In this document: positions 29,761-40,324 of the stretch, in pieces
Position numbering within the stretch: the stretch's first letter is position 1
Layout of the letters: every line of letters begins with the position of its first letter
DNA from: Promethearchaeota archaeon
GTDB lineage: Archaea; Asgardarchaeota; Lokiarchaeia; Sigyniarchaeales; SOKP01
Assembly (NCBI GenBank): GCA_016839705.1
Contig: JAEOTR010000079.1
Coordinates: 1 to 64,000 of the forward strand
Direction of reading: 5' to 3'
Length of the DNA stretch: 64,000 nucleotides
The notes under the pieces: model-generated
Databases searched by the model: none
Seen by the model: the letters and a program-made list of their open reading frames with translations, nothing else
What the model was told of the DNA's origin: nothing
Translations under genes and position numbers: made by a program

Positions 29761-31825
29761 CTCTCCCTGTTTTAGAATTTTTAATAAAATTTGAGCCGAC
29801 AGTTAGCGTACCAGTTCCAATTATCTCCTTTTTTTCTTTATCAATAATGATGACACAATTATTAGAGATCAGATCTGGACTAAATTCTAAGATGCCTTGT
29901 CGAAATAGATTATTACCTCGAATATTTTCCCCATCAAAAACGATTAGATTAGAATCAATAGAAAATGGTAATTGAACCATTCTTTCCAATCCGTGTATCG
30001 TTAAAATTATTTGACCTGATGAAGTACTAAATACTCCTAATTTTTTCTTAGTTTTTAAATCTATCAAGTCTATTTGTGAACTAGAATGAATTTTGATGGG
30101 ATATAGTTCGTTTTTAATAATATTGCGTCCTGATTCCTGACCAAATTGATAATCTAAAATTTTTACAAATTTTCTAATCCATTTGTTAGATAAATAACCA
30201 CTTTCAGGTATTTTTTTTAAAGGTTTAAAATCCTTTATATGCTGCTCTACTATTGACTTGAGAGATTTAAGAGATTCTTTAGAAGTCACTTTTTCATCAA
30301 CATTTGTAAAGTAGAATTTATGCGGTAAGTTAGAATTGACTTTTTCAGCAATTTCACGATAATCACTCTCAAGATGACAAATTATCGGTATATTTTCATC
30401 ATATTTTGTCAGAATTTGGTATAACATACCTGCAGTAATTTCTTTTTCACTATCATCCCATTCTCCGGTAACAGATATATCATATAAATTAACGGGATAA
30501 ACGTTTTCTAGCTGTCTTGGAATAGCTCCAAGAGGTGATGTTAGAATAATTTCTTGAAAATCAGTGAACTCTGGAAACTTCCCAAGCACACTGTGAAAAA
30601 GTTTATGTGATTTTGAGAATGAATAAGGTTTCTTAGCTGAACAGGGTAGTAAAATAATCATAGTTGTCCAAGTCTCTGGTACAAAATTTCTAATCGTTCT
30701 TAACCTAAATTCACTAAAATCAGGTCTATAATATGAGGAAAGTCCTAGACATTTAATTTTTTTAACTTTTTGGGTGATTGGGGTTTCATACCGGATGGTA
30801 TCAAAATAATCTTTATCCAAAATTTTCAACATTGAAATTAAGGCTGTATCATCAAGAGATGACTTTTCGACAAATACTCTATAATCTTCATACCGTAGAT
30901 ATTGTTTGATTTTCATCATGTAATTATAGGCTGTTATTAGGTTATGTAAGCAGAGTAAATCTATCTTTTCACTAGAATATTTAGCATCAACTAGATTTTT
31001 TAAGTTTCCTTTACATACAATGCAAGAGCATGTCAAATATTTTACTTTATATATTGGAAGTAAATATTCTATTGTATCATATAAACTTTCTGCCGATAAG
31101 TATAGTAAAAAGGAGGTGTCAATTAGGTCTACCCCTAGGTAAACCAACATAGGAAAATATTTAGGAATTATTCTCCCAGATGCCATAATAACAATATTGT
31201 TATCCAACTGTGTTTTTATTTCGATAATAGTGGTTATAATCTTCCTAAAATTGCTAAAGTTATCAAATAAATCAACTAAATTGAGGATTTTTATGTTATC
31301 ATTTTCCTTAATTATTGGGAGATAAAGAGATATTAACTCTGAATAATCAAAAAGTCTAATTGATAAACCAAAACTAATTGTGGGATGAACTTTTAAAATT
31401 TTGACCACGTTAGTAAGATAATTTCTAATTTCACTCTGTGCAAATTCTCTCCCAATTGTCGCTGAGGGAATGTTAAAAGGTATTATCGATATTACATTAT
31501 CTTTTGTGAAAATCTCCTTATTTTTATTTAAAATCTCTTCATAATTTTCGAAGATCCCAGGATAGGAAAAAATAAATCCTGTATTTTTGAATTTTTCTCT
31601 AAGAAAACCTATTTTCAAGAAAATTTCTTTAGATATAACGAATAAGTCATGATTTTCAAATTCTTGTATGAAACTAAATTGCTTCATTAAGACATTTTTA
31701 ATTGGGATTATGACATTAGGTGTTCTTATATAGAGTTTCCTCTCTTTTGATAAATTAATCCTACCTATTCTTGAAAAACCTATTCTATTTTCCAACAGTT
31801 CAAAAAAATGACTCATTCTCTTCAA
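29735..31825 (-). CDS. arcS: archaeosine synthase subunit alpha (TGT-like + PUA)
   Basis: LLPCSAKKPYSFSKSH, TSPLGAIPRQLE, YDISVTGEW, C-terminal PUA-like region. Confidence 0.9.
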   Translation of the reverse strand: MKRMSHFFELLENRIGFSRIGRINLSKERKLYIRTPNVIIPIKNVLMKQFSFIQEFENHDLFVISKEIFLKIGFLREKFKNTGFIFSYPGIFENYEEILNKNKEIFTKDNVISIIPFNIPSATIGREFAQSEIRNYLTNVVKILKVHPTISFGLSIRLFDYSELISLYLPIIKENDNIKILNLVDLFDNFSNFRKIITTIIEIKTQLDNNIVIMASGRIIPKYFPMLVYLGVDLIDTSFLLYLSAESLYDTIEYLLPIYKVKYLTCSCIVCKGNLKNLVDAKYSSEKIDLLCLHNLITAYNYMMKIKQYLRYEDYRVFVEKSSLDDTALISMLKILDKDYFDTIRYETPITQKVKKIKCLGLSSYYRPDFSEFRLRTIRNFVPETWTTMIILLPCSAKKPYSFSKSHKLFHSVLGKFPEFTDFQEIILTSPLGAIPRQLENVYPVNLYDISVTGEWDDSEKEITAGMLYQILTKYDENIPIICHLESDYREIAEKVNSNLPHKFYFTNVDEKVTSKESLKSLKSIVEQHIKDFKPLKKIPESGYLSNKWIRKFVKILDYQFGQESGRNIIKNELYPIKIHSSSQIDLIDLKTKKKLGVFSTSSGQIILTIHGLERMVQLPFSIDSNLIVFDGENIRGNNLFRQGILEFSPDLISNNCVIIIDKEKKEIIGTGTLTVGSNFIKNSKTGRVVKISEKK

Positions 31826-31969
31826 TAGGGAGGATTAATATTTTGATTTAAATTTATTCACTTTAAGTTCTCTAATCCGCCAAATTTATTAAGAATTTAG
31901 TAAAAAGAAAATTGTTCATTGGTGAAGAGAATAATATAGTTTCATAAATCATTTGGAGACCTCTTTTTT

Positions 31970-33268
31970 CTAAGAAATGATAAAATTTGTATAGGTTATT
32001 AGCTCATCCAATACAAAATTCGTATAAGTATCTTCAATTTCATCCGTATTATATAAATTCTTGATGAATTCGGCATAATTTTCGATTTCTCTTACCCTTA
32101 CAATAGCAAATAGTCCATATTGTTCGCCTATTCTAAATAAATCAGTAATACTCTTTTTCATAGCTAATCTAACCGCAATTTCATTATATTTTGAAGGATC
32201 TTTTGGCTTAATGCGAAGAAGAAATTTTCCCTTAAATCCCATTTTTTTCGGACTAAAATTCACAGTATAATTTAAGATAACACCCTCTGTTTCAAGCTTT
32301 TTAATTCTGTTATGAATAGTTGATTGGGAAATTTCTAACTCAAGTTGTTCTTTAAAAACTCTACTTATCTCATAGGTAGATATTGGTTTAAGTCCTTGAC
32401 TATCTCGTAATATTTTTAAAATGCTATAATCAATATTGTCTAATTCAAAATTTAAACCAATTTTTTTTTTTTTTAAATTAAAACCAGAATTATTTTTGAT
32501 TTCATTAATTTTGTTTATAACAAGTTCTGCTTCTGTTGCATTCTTTAAACCCTTCACAACCATTTTACCATTTGAGAAGATTATAATTGATATAGACAGA
32601 TTTTCAATCTTAATAACAATCCCAGGGAACCTCTCCGGATTATAATCAATAAATTCATTGTTTTGAGCAATTTGATACAAATCAATTCTTTCTGGAATAT
32701 TAATTTCTATATTTTCATTTTCATAGACCTGTTTTTCTTCGATTTTATCAATTAATCGATCTAAAAGTTTCTGAAGAAGAGCTTCTTCAATAGTCATTTT
32801 TGACTTCTTTAGACTAATCCCATTCGTTTTAAAAACCATGATAGTGTCAATTATTTGATATTTTTTAAAATATGATTTTGCCATTATTTTGTCAATAGTA
32901 TTTAATATCTGATAATATTCCTCAGGGGAATTGAAGATAAATAAGGCGAATAAAGAAAAGTCTCCAATTATTCCATCCAACATTCTTAACTGGGGAACTT
33001 CTAACAATTCTTTGACCAATTCAGGTTCTTTAGGGTTGGTTTTGATTTCAAGCATCACGTATTTCAGATTATTTGGATAAATACGTGGATTAATATTTAT
33101 AGTGAAATTGGTAATTATTTGTTGGTCTCTCAAGCCATCAAGCTTGTTTTGATAAGTTTGTCTTGTAAGTCCTACGGCACGAGAATTTCTTGATATAATA
33201 AATTTGGTTTTTCCACTTAAATTTTTAATATAACTTTGAGCTTCTAGCTTATTATTAGTGTTCTCCAT
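31970..33268 (-). CDS. double Lrp/AsnC regulator with an inserted TBP-like domain
   Basis: Two HTH-RAM units (GLTRQTYQNKL; ISQSTIHNRIKKLETEGVI) flanking IDYNPERFPGIVIKI...IIFSNGKMVVKG. Confidence 0.85.
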   Translation of the reverse strand: MENTNNKLEAQSYIKNLSGKTKFIISRNSRAVGLTRQTYQNKLDGLRDQQIITNFTININPRIYPNNLKYVMLEIKTNPKEPELVKELLEVPQLRMLDGIIGDFSLFALFIFNSPEEYYQILNTIDKIMAKSYFKKYQIIDTIMVFKTNGISLKKSKMTIEEALLQKLLDRLIDKIEEKQVYENENIEINIPERIDLYQIAQNNEFIDYNPERFPGIVIKIENLSISIIIFSNGKMVVKGLKNATEAELVINKINEIKNNSGFNLKKKKIGLNFELDNIDYSILKILRDSQGLKPISTYEISRVFKEQLELEISQSTIHNRIKKLETEGVILNYTVNFSPKKMGFKGKFLLRIKPKDPSKYNEIAVRLAMKKSITDLFRIGEQYGLFAIVRVREIENYAEFIKNLYNTDEIEDTYTNFVLDELITYTNFIIS

Positions 33269-33405
33269 TTTCTTACAATTTTTCAGATTTTTTATTTGTT
33301 GTTAATCAAATGTTAAATTTCATTTATAAATATTTGCCCTTCACCAAAAAAAGCTTTATTAATTAATTAAAACTAATAATCTTAAAAATCAAAAAGTGAA
33401 TTCAA

Positions 33406-34674
33406 ATGGTAAATTTTAAAATTGCTGACGAAAATTTAGCAGAAAAAGGATTAGAAGCGTTATATGTTGCGGAAAACAAGATGCCGGTGACTGCTAAGGT
33501 TATTCGGGAGCGATTCGCAAAGGAAAAACCTTTGGAAGGCATAACTATTGCAGGATGCTTACATATAACTAAAGAAACTGCCAATCTAGCGCGAACCTTA
33601 AAAACTGGTGGTGCTGATGTTTGGTTATGTGGTAGTAATCCATTATCCACTCAAGACGATGTAGCTGCCGCTTTAGTAAAGGAAGATATCAATATTTTTG
33701 CATGGCACGGCAATACTGATGAAGAATTTTATTGGTGTATTCGTGAGTGTTTAAAAGCTAAACCTAATATCCTCATTGATGACGGGGCTGATATGATCGT
33801 TACAGCTCATAAGGAGTTTCCCGAATTAATAACTGATGGTGTAATCATAGGGTGTCAAGAAGAAACAACTACTGGTGTAAAGCGTTTTAAGGCAATGGAT
33901 GCAGCCGGAGATTTGAAAGTCCCTCTCTTCCCTGTAAATGATGCTCGATGTAAAAATCAGTTCGATAATGAGTTAGGAACCGGGCAAGGAATAGTGGCTG
34001 CAATCTATGGGATGCATGTGCTATTTGCCGGTAAGACCGTAGTAATTGCAGGTTATGGACATTGTTCTTCTGGTATGGCTTTAAGAGCTCGGGGATTGGG
34101 TGCTGATGTAATAGTGACTGAAATAGATCCGATTAAAGCTCTTCAAGCTAGATTTGCTGGTTTTCAGGTAATGCCAATTGAAAAAACACTCCCAATTGCT
34201 GACATAATCCTAACTGCTACAGGATGTAAGCATGTAATTCAACCATCAAAAGAGATGTTTGATAAACTAAAGGAAGGTGTTATCCTCGGTAATTTGGGTC
34301 ATTTTGACATTGAGATTCCCACTAAAGAATTGTATGAATATGCTAAGGAAATAAAACCTATCAGGCAGAATGTTGAAGAATTAATTTTTCCTGATGATAA
34401 AAGGATATATCTCCTAGCTAAAGGAAGATTAGCTAACCTGGTACTCTCTGAAGGACATCCTGCTGAAGTTATGGATATGTCATTCGGTCTTCAATCTTTA
34501 ATGTCCGAATTTATTGTCAAAAATAAAGATTTATTAAAACCAGGAATGGTTGATATACCTGTAGAGATAGATGACAGAGTAGGATTCCTAAAACTTCAAT
34601 CAATGGGTGTGGAAATAGATAAACTCAGTAAGGAGCAATATAATTATATCCACGGCTATGAAGAAGGAACCTAA
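33406..34674 (+). CDS. ahcY: adenosylhomocysteinase
   Basis: CLHITKETA, SNPLSTQD, DDGAD, EETTTG, GHFDIEI, GHPAEVMDMSF. Confidence 0.97.
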   Translation: MVNFKIADENLAEKGLEALYVAENKMPVTAKVIRERFAKEKPLEGITIAGCLHITKETANLARTLKTGGADVWLCGSNPLSTQDDVAAALVKEDINIFAWHGNTDEEFYWCIRECLKAKPNILIDDGADMIVTAHKEFPELITDGVIIGCQEETTTGVKRFKAMDAAGDLKVPLFPVNDARCKNQFDNELGTGQGIVAAIYGMHVLFAGKTVVIAGYGHCSSGMALRARGLGADVIVTEIDPIKALQARFAGFQVMPIEKTLPIADIILTATGCKHVIQPSKEMFDKLKEGVILGNLGHFDIEIPTKELYEYAKEIKPIRQNVEELIFPDDKRIYLLAKGRLANLVLSEGHPAEVMDMSFGLQSLMSEFIVKNKDLLKPGMVDIPVEIDDRVGFLKLQSMGVEIDKLSKEQYNYIHGYEEGT

Positions 34675-34728
34675 AATCTTCCTTTCTTTTTGACCTGAAT
34701 CTCAAATATTTTAAGTTTATTTCTAATT

Positions 34729-35742
34729 TTAAGGGCTTAGAATGTCGTTTGGATTATTGATATCCCCATAAACCTCACGAGCTAAGTTTCTTAATCCTTT
34801 TAAACCAAAAGGTTCTTTTTCAAGTCTATTCGATTCCCAAATCTTTAAATTTTTAAATTCTTTTCGAATCTGTCCCACATAATTAAGTTGAATATTCCGT
34901 ACATTGCTACAAAACTCACATTCATCATGTTGCGGAGTAATTAAATTAATATGTACCCCATCAAGATTGATATATTTCTCCGTTAAGTCTCTGGCTCTTT
35001 TTATTTCTTCAAAACTTGGTTTTTCTGCTATTGTTACAAGCCGTAATGATCCAAAAGTATGGATTAACTCCGTTATTCTTTCCCCACGTTCTTCTAGATC
35101 TACCAACATCTTAAAAATTTCCTTCCCTAATTCTCGTCTTTTCTTAGGATCATCAAAAGGCTTTATAATATTTCTGAAAACTTTGGAAAATTTTCTTACA
35201 GCATCTTTAATTGAATTATAGAAATTCAAAGAATATTTTAATACAACTTTAACCTGATCTTCGGGTATTTCAAATAAAGCAACCATGTTTCCTGTTGGGG
35301 GGAAATCTGCTACAATTATGTCAAATTTTTGGGATTGTTGATTTTCAGCATCTAAAATTTCCTGAAAAAACATTGCATTTTTTAGTGCAAGTGGGATAGA
35401 ATCAGCCGTAAATGTAGTATCCATAAACTTCTCTATTTGAGGAATTAATCCTACTAAGGGCATTTCTCTCATTAATGCTTTCATCTTCGATATTAAATTT
35501 TTTGTGTATTTCTCAGCATATTTATGTGGATCTGGCTCAATTGCCCATAGGTTATCAGATATAAGGGTTAATTTATTCCCAATTTCAGAATTAAATAAAT
35601 CCGTTAGGTTATGAGCCATATCAAAGGAAATAAGAAGGATCTTTTTATCAGGGAGAAGATCTGATAAGACTACTGCTGTAGCTGCACTTATAGTGCTTTT
35701 GCCAACACCCCCTTTTCCCCCAAGTACAATAATTTTCTCCAA
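34729..35742 (-). CDS. ArsA/Get3 (TRC40) family ATPase
   Basis: GGKGGVGKST, SFDMAHNL, DFPPTG, C-terminal CEFC. Confidence 0.88.
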   Translation of the reverse strand: MEKIIVLGGKGGVGKSTISAATAVVLSDLLPDKKILLISFDMAHNLTDLFNSEIGNKLTLISDNLWAIEPDPHKYAEKYTKNLISKMKALMREMPLVGLIPQIEKFMDTTFTADSIPLALKNAMFFQEILDAENQQSQKFDIIVADFPPTGNMVALFEIPEDQVKVVLKYSLNFYNSIKDAVRKFSKVFRNIIKPFDDPKKRRELGKEIFKMLVDLEERGERITELIHTFGSLRLVTIAEKPSFEEIKRARDLTEKYINLDGVHINLITPQHDECEFCSNVRNIQLNYVGQIRKEFKNLKIWESNRLEKEPFGLKGLRNLAREVYGDINNPNDILSP

Positions 35743-36323
35743 TTACTTAATTCTCCACAGATTCCTTAATTTTGCATAACTATTTACTTAATTTTATATT
35801 ACAAAAACAAATATGACATAAAAAACTAACCAAATGATTTAGATAAGTGTTTTAAAATTCTTTAAATTAACAAAAAATAAATACTTTGTAAGATGTTATG
35901 AGTATATAAGATTACTATTATACATATCTTAAAATTTAAATCAAAAAGATTAATCAAACAGATTACATCATTATAATTTTCAATCAAATTAGTAAAATAT
36001 CAAATTTTATCAATTAGTAAAAAAAATTATTCAATTACATAAATCAAACAAAAAAATTATTAGAAATATAATCCGTTCAGTAAATTTAAATATAATTGAT
36101 CAGACTTATAACAAGATATAAGAAGTAGGTTCATAAGTTAAGCTTAACAATAATCATAAGATTTCTATAATATCTAAAAGATATAGTATCTCTATTAGGA
36201 AAATCTAATTAGCATTGTTTCTAACTTAAAGAGTTAGATACTACTTCTTTTTTATGAGTTTACTCTAAATTTTGATTTATTGAATATAAAAATCAAACAT
36301 TAAATATGAAATAATAAAAGGAA

Positions 36324-37508
36324 GTGATTAGAATTAATACTCAATCAGATTTTACAACTAAATATATTATTGAAGTGAAATTTAATATTAAAGGTGTGGT
36401 GGAGAAGAGTGACATTGTGGGGGCTATTTTTGGACAAACAGAAGGTCTGCTTTTGGATCTAGATTTAAGAGATCTTCAAAAATCTGGAAGAATAGGTAGA
36501 ATAGAGGTTGAGACTGAATCAAAAGAGGGAATATCAGAAGGTATCATCAAAATTCCCTCATCTTTAACTCGAAAGGAGACAGCATTATTAGCAGCTACTG
36601 TAGAAACAGTTTCAAGAGTTGGTCCTTGCGAAGCTGAGATTTTACTGATAGAAATCCGTGATGTGCGTGAAACTAAACGTCTGAAAATTATAGAGAGAGC
36701 AGCAGAACTTTTAAAAAAATGGGATCAGAAATCATTGGAGCAGAGTGAAATTGAAGAAAAGATGGATACTGACATTAAATTAGGAGAAATAATAACTTGG
36801 GGTCCTGAAAAACTCCCAGCCGGTCCGGAAGTAGATAGTGATAAAGATCTTATTATTGTGGAAGGTCGAGCCGATGTTCTTAATTTGTTACGTATAGGTA
36901 TTAAAAATACGATAGCAGTTCAGGGGACCCAAATACCCAAATCAGTGAAGGATTTAGTAAAAACGAAGAAAACAATCACTTGTTTTCTTGATGGGGATCG
37001 TGGTGGTACTATTATATTAAACGAATTAATGCAATTGATGAAATTAGATTATGTTGCAAGAGCTCCCGATGGATTTGAAGTTGAGGAATTAACAAGAAAA
37101 CAATTGGTTAAAGCATTGCAAAACAAGAGACCACCAAAAAAACTTAAAGAATTAAATACTAAAATTACAGAAGAAAGCGGAGATAGTAGTAAGGGAAACA
37201 GGCTTCATAAATTCTTAAAAAAGATGAAAATAAAAGATGATTCTAAAATAATGGAATTCATCAATGGGATTAAAACCGGTCATAGTATAGGTTTGGATAA
37301 GAATCTTGAGAAACTATTTGAGATTCCAGTTGGCGAATTGTTCGGAAAGATTAGAACCTTTAAGGATACTCATTACTTAATAATTGATGGAATTTTAACA
37401 AAACGTTTACTCTCGATTTCTATAAACATGAAAATTAAATTTATTGCTTGTAAAAATAAGGAAGAGGAATTAACCATTCCCGAGCAAATAATGGTGTTTT
37501 ATATTTAA
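36324..37508 (+). CDS. dnaG: archaeal DnaG (primase / exosome subunit)
   Basis: GAIFGQTEGL, IVEGRADV, FLDGDRGG (TOPRIM). Confidence 0.95.
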   Translation: MIRINTQSDFTTKYIIEVKFNIKGVVEKSDIVGAIFGQTEGLLLDLDLRDLQKSGRIGRIEVETESKEGISEGIIKIPSSLTRKETALLAATVETVSRVGPCEAEILLIEIRDVRETKRLKIIERAAELLKKWDQKSLEQSEIEEKMDTDIKLGEIITWGPEKLPAGPEVDSDKDLIIVEGRADVLNLLRIGIKNTIAVQGTQIPKSVKDLVKTKKTITCFLDGDRGGTIILNELMQLMKLDYVARAPDGFEVEELTRKQLVKALQNKRPPKKLKELNTKITEESGDSSKGNRLHKFLKKMKIKDDSKIMEFINGIKTGHSIGLDKNLEKLFEIPVGELFGKIRTFKDTHYLIIDGILTKRLLSISINMKIKFIACKNKEEELTIPEQIMVFYI

Positions 37509-37545
37509 AAAACATCCATTTTATTTTGTTTAAAGTATTAATTAA

Positions 37546-37785
37546 TCAACCAATGGGTAAGGCTACAGAAAAGATTAGTTGGATAACAAAGGAAAGAGCG
37601 CCCAAAACAACAGATCCTATAGCACATATTTTAAAAACAGTAAAATAATCTTTTCTACTAGGTTTATTAGCTATTTTTAATATTCTTCTTGAATTTTGAT
37701 AGAAAATCCCTAACCGTGCAAAAAAACCAGGCTTTTTTTGCTTATCATGTCTTGAATATTTTTCATATTTGGGGTAGTTTGACAC
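37546..37785 (-). CDS. secE: protein translocase SecE/Sec61 gamma
   Basis: RRILKIANKPSRKDY plus C-terminal TM; downstream of ftsY. Confidence 0.9.
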   Translation of the reverse strand: MSNYPKYEKYSRHDKQKKPGFFARLGIFYQNSRRILKIANKPSRKDYFTVFKICAIGSVVLGALSFVIQLIFSVALPIG

Positions 37786-37837
37786 ATTAAATTAAATCAA
37801 TAAAGTTATATTAAGTTTATCTACTTCGAAAAATACC

Positions 37838-38749
37838 TTATTTGAAATCAAGAATACTTGAGAGAAAAATATCTCGATTGAATGGTTTTAAGTCGTTATA
37901 TCCTTGTCCGATACCTAATAAGATAATCGGTTTTTTTGTTTCATAAGCGATAGATAAGGCAGCGCCCCCTTTCGCATCAGCATCTATCTTAGTTAAAATA
38001 TTTGCATCGATTCCAACTTGTTTATCAAATTCTCTAGCTTGGTATAAAATATCATTTCCCGCTAGGCTATCTCCTATAAACACCTTCAAATCAGGATTAG
38101 CAACTTTACAGATTTTTTGCATTTCCATCATTAAATTCCGGTTTGTTGTTTGCCTTCCAGAAGTATCAATCAAAACCACGTCGATGTTTTTAGCTCTAGC
38201 ATGTTCAATAGCATCCCAAGCAACTGATGCTGGATCTGATTTATATTCGTGTTTTATAACCTTAATTCCTACATTATCCATATGCTTAGTTAGTTGTTCA
38301 ATAGCTCCCGCTCGGAATGTGTCTGAAGCAGCTGCCACAGAACTTATGCTATTATCTTTTAGGAAATTAGCAACTTTAGCAATTGTAGTGGTTTTTCCTG
38401 TTCCATTTATTCCAAAAAAAACAAATACATATGGTAAACCTAACGAGTTTTTTGCTTTAATTTCTTTAATTATATCAATTTCCTCTTCAGGTGTTAAGAT
38501 TTCAATTATAACTTCTTTTAATGTATCTAATAATATTTTTTTAGTTGATGTTAATCGAGTAATTTGTTGACCTTTAAAAGATCCAATAATACTATTACAA
38601 ATTTCATCAGCTGTGTCAATTGCAACATCATTACTAATAAGGAGAATTCTCAACTCATGTATAGCATCATCTAAATTTTTTTCAGTTAAAGTTTTTTTAA
38701 CAAATGTTGAAAATACATTTTTTAGTTTTTCAAGCATATAATTCTCCAC
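37838..38749 (-). CDS. ftsY: signal recognition particle receptor FtsY
   Basis: GINGTGKTTT, DTFRAGA, DTSGR, TKIDADAKGG. Confidence 0.96.
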   Translation of the reverse strand: MENYMLEKLKNVFSTFVKKTLTEKNLDDAIHELRILLISNDVAIDTADEICNSIIGSFKGQQITRLTSTKKILLDTLKEVIIEILTPEEEIDIIKEIKAKNSLGLPYVFVFFGINGTGKTTTIAKVANFLKDNSISSVAAASDTFRAGAIEQLTKHMDNVGIKVIKHEYKSDPASVAWDAIEHARAKNIDVVLIDTSGRQTTNRNLMMEMQKICKVANPDLKVFIGDSLAGNDILYQAREFDKQVGIDANILTKIDADAKGGAALSIAYETKKPIILLGIGQGYNDLKPFNRDIFLSSILDFK

Positions 38750-38806
38750 AAAAATTAGAATTCTTATCGTAAATTTTGTTAAACTACACTAGTTAACCAA
38801 GTTTAA

Positions 38807-39220
38807 TTACTTCTGAAGATATCCCTGTTGAAGAAGTTGAGATGTTTTTTGTAAATTTATTTCAAAATTCTGTAATTGAGTTCTTATAAACTGTATTTCT
38901 TTATTGTGTTGTTCTATCCGTTTCTCAAGGAATTCAATTGCGGCATCTATGCCTTTCTCAATTATCACATCTTGAGTCACAGCTACCAATACCTTTTCAG
39001 TGTCTTTAATAGTTGCTTTAATATTTGCTAATCCTCCAATTGGTAAAAGAATTTCATCACCCACTTTTACACCTTCTTTTATATTTTCAAGGGTAGCCTT
39101 AGTATTTAAATAATTGGCAAGAATAGCATTGACATATTCTAATTGTCCCTGATATACATCTCTTTGTTGCTTTAAATAGCTAAACATTTGTAATTGATCC
39201 TGATAAGTTTGAGGTTCCAT
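38807..39220 (-). CDS. pfdA: prefoldin alpha subunit
   Basis: Coiled coil - EILLPIG beta hairpins - coiled coil; conserved context. Confidence 0.92.
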   Translation of the reverse strand: MEPQTYQDQLQMFSYLKQQRDVYQGQLEYVNAILANYLNTKATLENIKEGVKVGDEILLPIGGLANIKATIKDTEKVLVAVTQDVIIEKGIDAAIEFLEKRIEQHNKEIQFIRTQLQNFEINLQKTSQLLQQGYLQK

Positions 39221-39247
39221 TTTCTTTTGCTCCGTTTAATAAATTAT

Positions 39248-39475
39248 TTATTCTGATAATTCCCTTATCAGATAATCTTGAGATTCTTCAAAGGTTATTT
39301 CCCTAATATCTTGAATATTAATTTGGCGTCTATAAATTCCTATAGATGTAATTTGACTTAGTACCTTTTCAATAGCATCTTCCTCTTTCAAAGCACGAAC
39401 TTCTTTACGAAACAAATATTTCTTGAAATTTTTTCTGTAATTCCCAATGATTCTATAAATTTTTATCTCTGACAT
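39248..39475 (-). CDS. rpl18a: ribosomal protein eL20 (LX/L18a)
   Basis: KIYRIIG...FRKEVRALKEEDAIEKV...RRQINI; ATG 39475 preferred over the upstream TTG. Confidence 0.88.
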   Translation of the reverse strand: MSEIKIYRIIGNYRKNFKKYLFRKEVRALKEEDAIEKVLSQITSIGIYRRQINIQDIREITFEESQDYLIRELSE

Positions 39476-39569
39476 TGCTATTAAGATCCATTGATTCAAT
39501 GTTTATAAAAAAGACTAATATTATAAAAAATATTAAATTTTGCTTTTTACCAATACTTCTTCTTAAGTG

Positions 39570-40250
39570 TTATAACTGCAGAACGCTTGTAATTCTCATC
39601 ATTTCAGGTCCTGTACAATTTGCACCAAAAATACCACTTCTATCATTTACGATTGCCCCTGAACTTAGATAAGGTATCCCCCGATTTACAGTTGAGACGT
39701 CCGTTTCATTCACTTTCAATATTGAAGATATATATTCTATTTCATCATCAGTAGAGAGAGGATGCACCAAACAACCATTGTTATTCACTAATGAAATTGA
39801 ACCGGGAAGGTAACTATTAGCGAATTCATAAACTACAGTTTCAACACATAGAGTATCTTCAATTTCTTTCCTATAATCTTTTAACAGAGAACTAATAATA
39901 GCCCCTTTATCGTTACAGAGAATCAAATTACCATATGCATTATCTATGGATTTAAGGACGCCTATTTGAGAGGGATTTTTTTCTTCCTTCAAAAATTCTC
40001 TTAACTGATCCAACTCATCATCCTTAATAATGTGTGGCACGATTATCCCAAATTTATTTGACGCGGTATAGGCTCCTAAGAGATAAGAATTATGAATTGT
40101 AATAGGATAAAAAGGTACTTGAAAAATATTTCTGAATTTTTTAAGTATTGGTTTTAGTAATGTTGGTGGATAAAGTATGTATGCATTGTTAGCAGTAAGA
40201 TAAACTCCAATTAAACTACGTCCAAAAACTTGAGATCTTAAAATTGCCAT
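39570..40250 (-). CDS. eif6: translation initiation factor 6
   Basis: IGVY, GNLILCND, LVHP, TVNRG, TGPE. Confidence 0.95.
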   Translation of the reverse strand: MAILRSQVFGRSLIGVYLTANNAYILYPPTLLKPILKKFRNIFQVPFYPITIHNSYLLGAYTASNKFGIIVPHIIKDDELDQLREFLKEEKNPSQIGVLKSIDNAYGNLILCNDKGAIISSLLKDYRKEIEDTLCVETVVYEFANSYLPGSISLVNNNGCLVHPLSTDDEIEYISSILKVNETDVSTVNRGIPYLSSGAIVNDRSGIFGANCTGPEMMRITSVLQL

Positions 40251-40324
40251 GTGATAAATTTGTACTTGTTTAATAAATATATTAAAAATAGGATACTTCC
40301 GTCAAAATTAATTTAGTTTATTTC

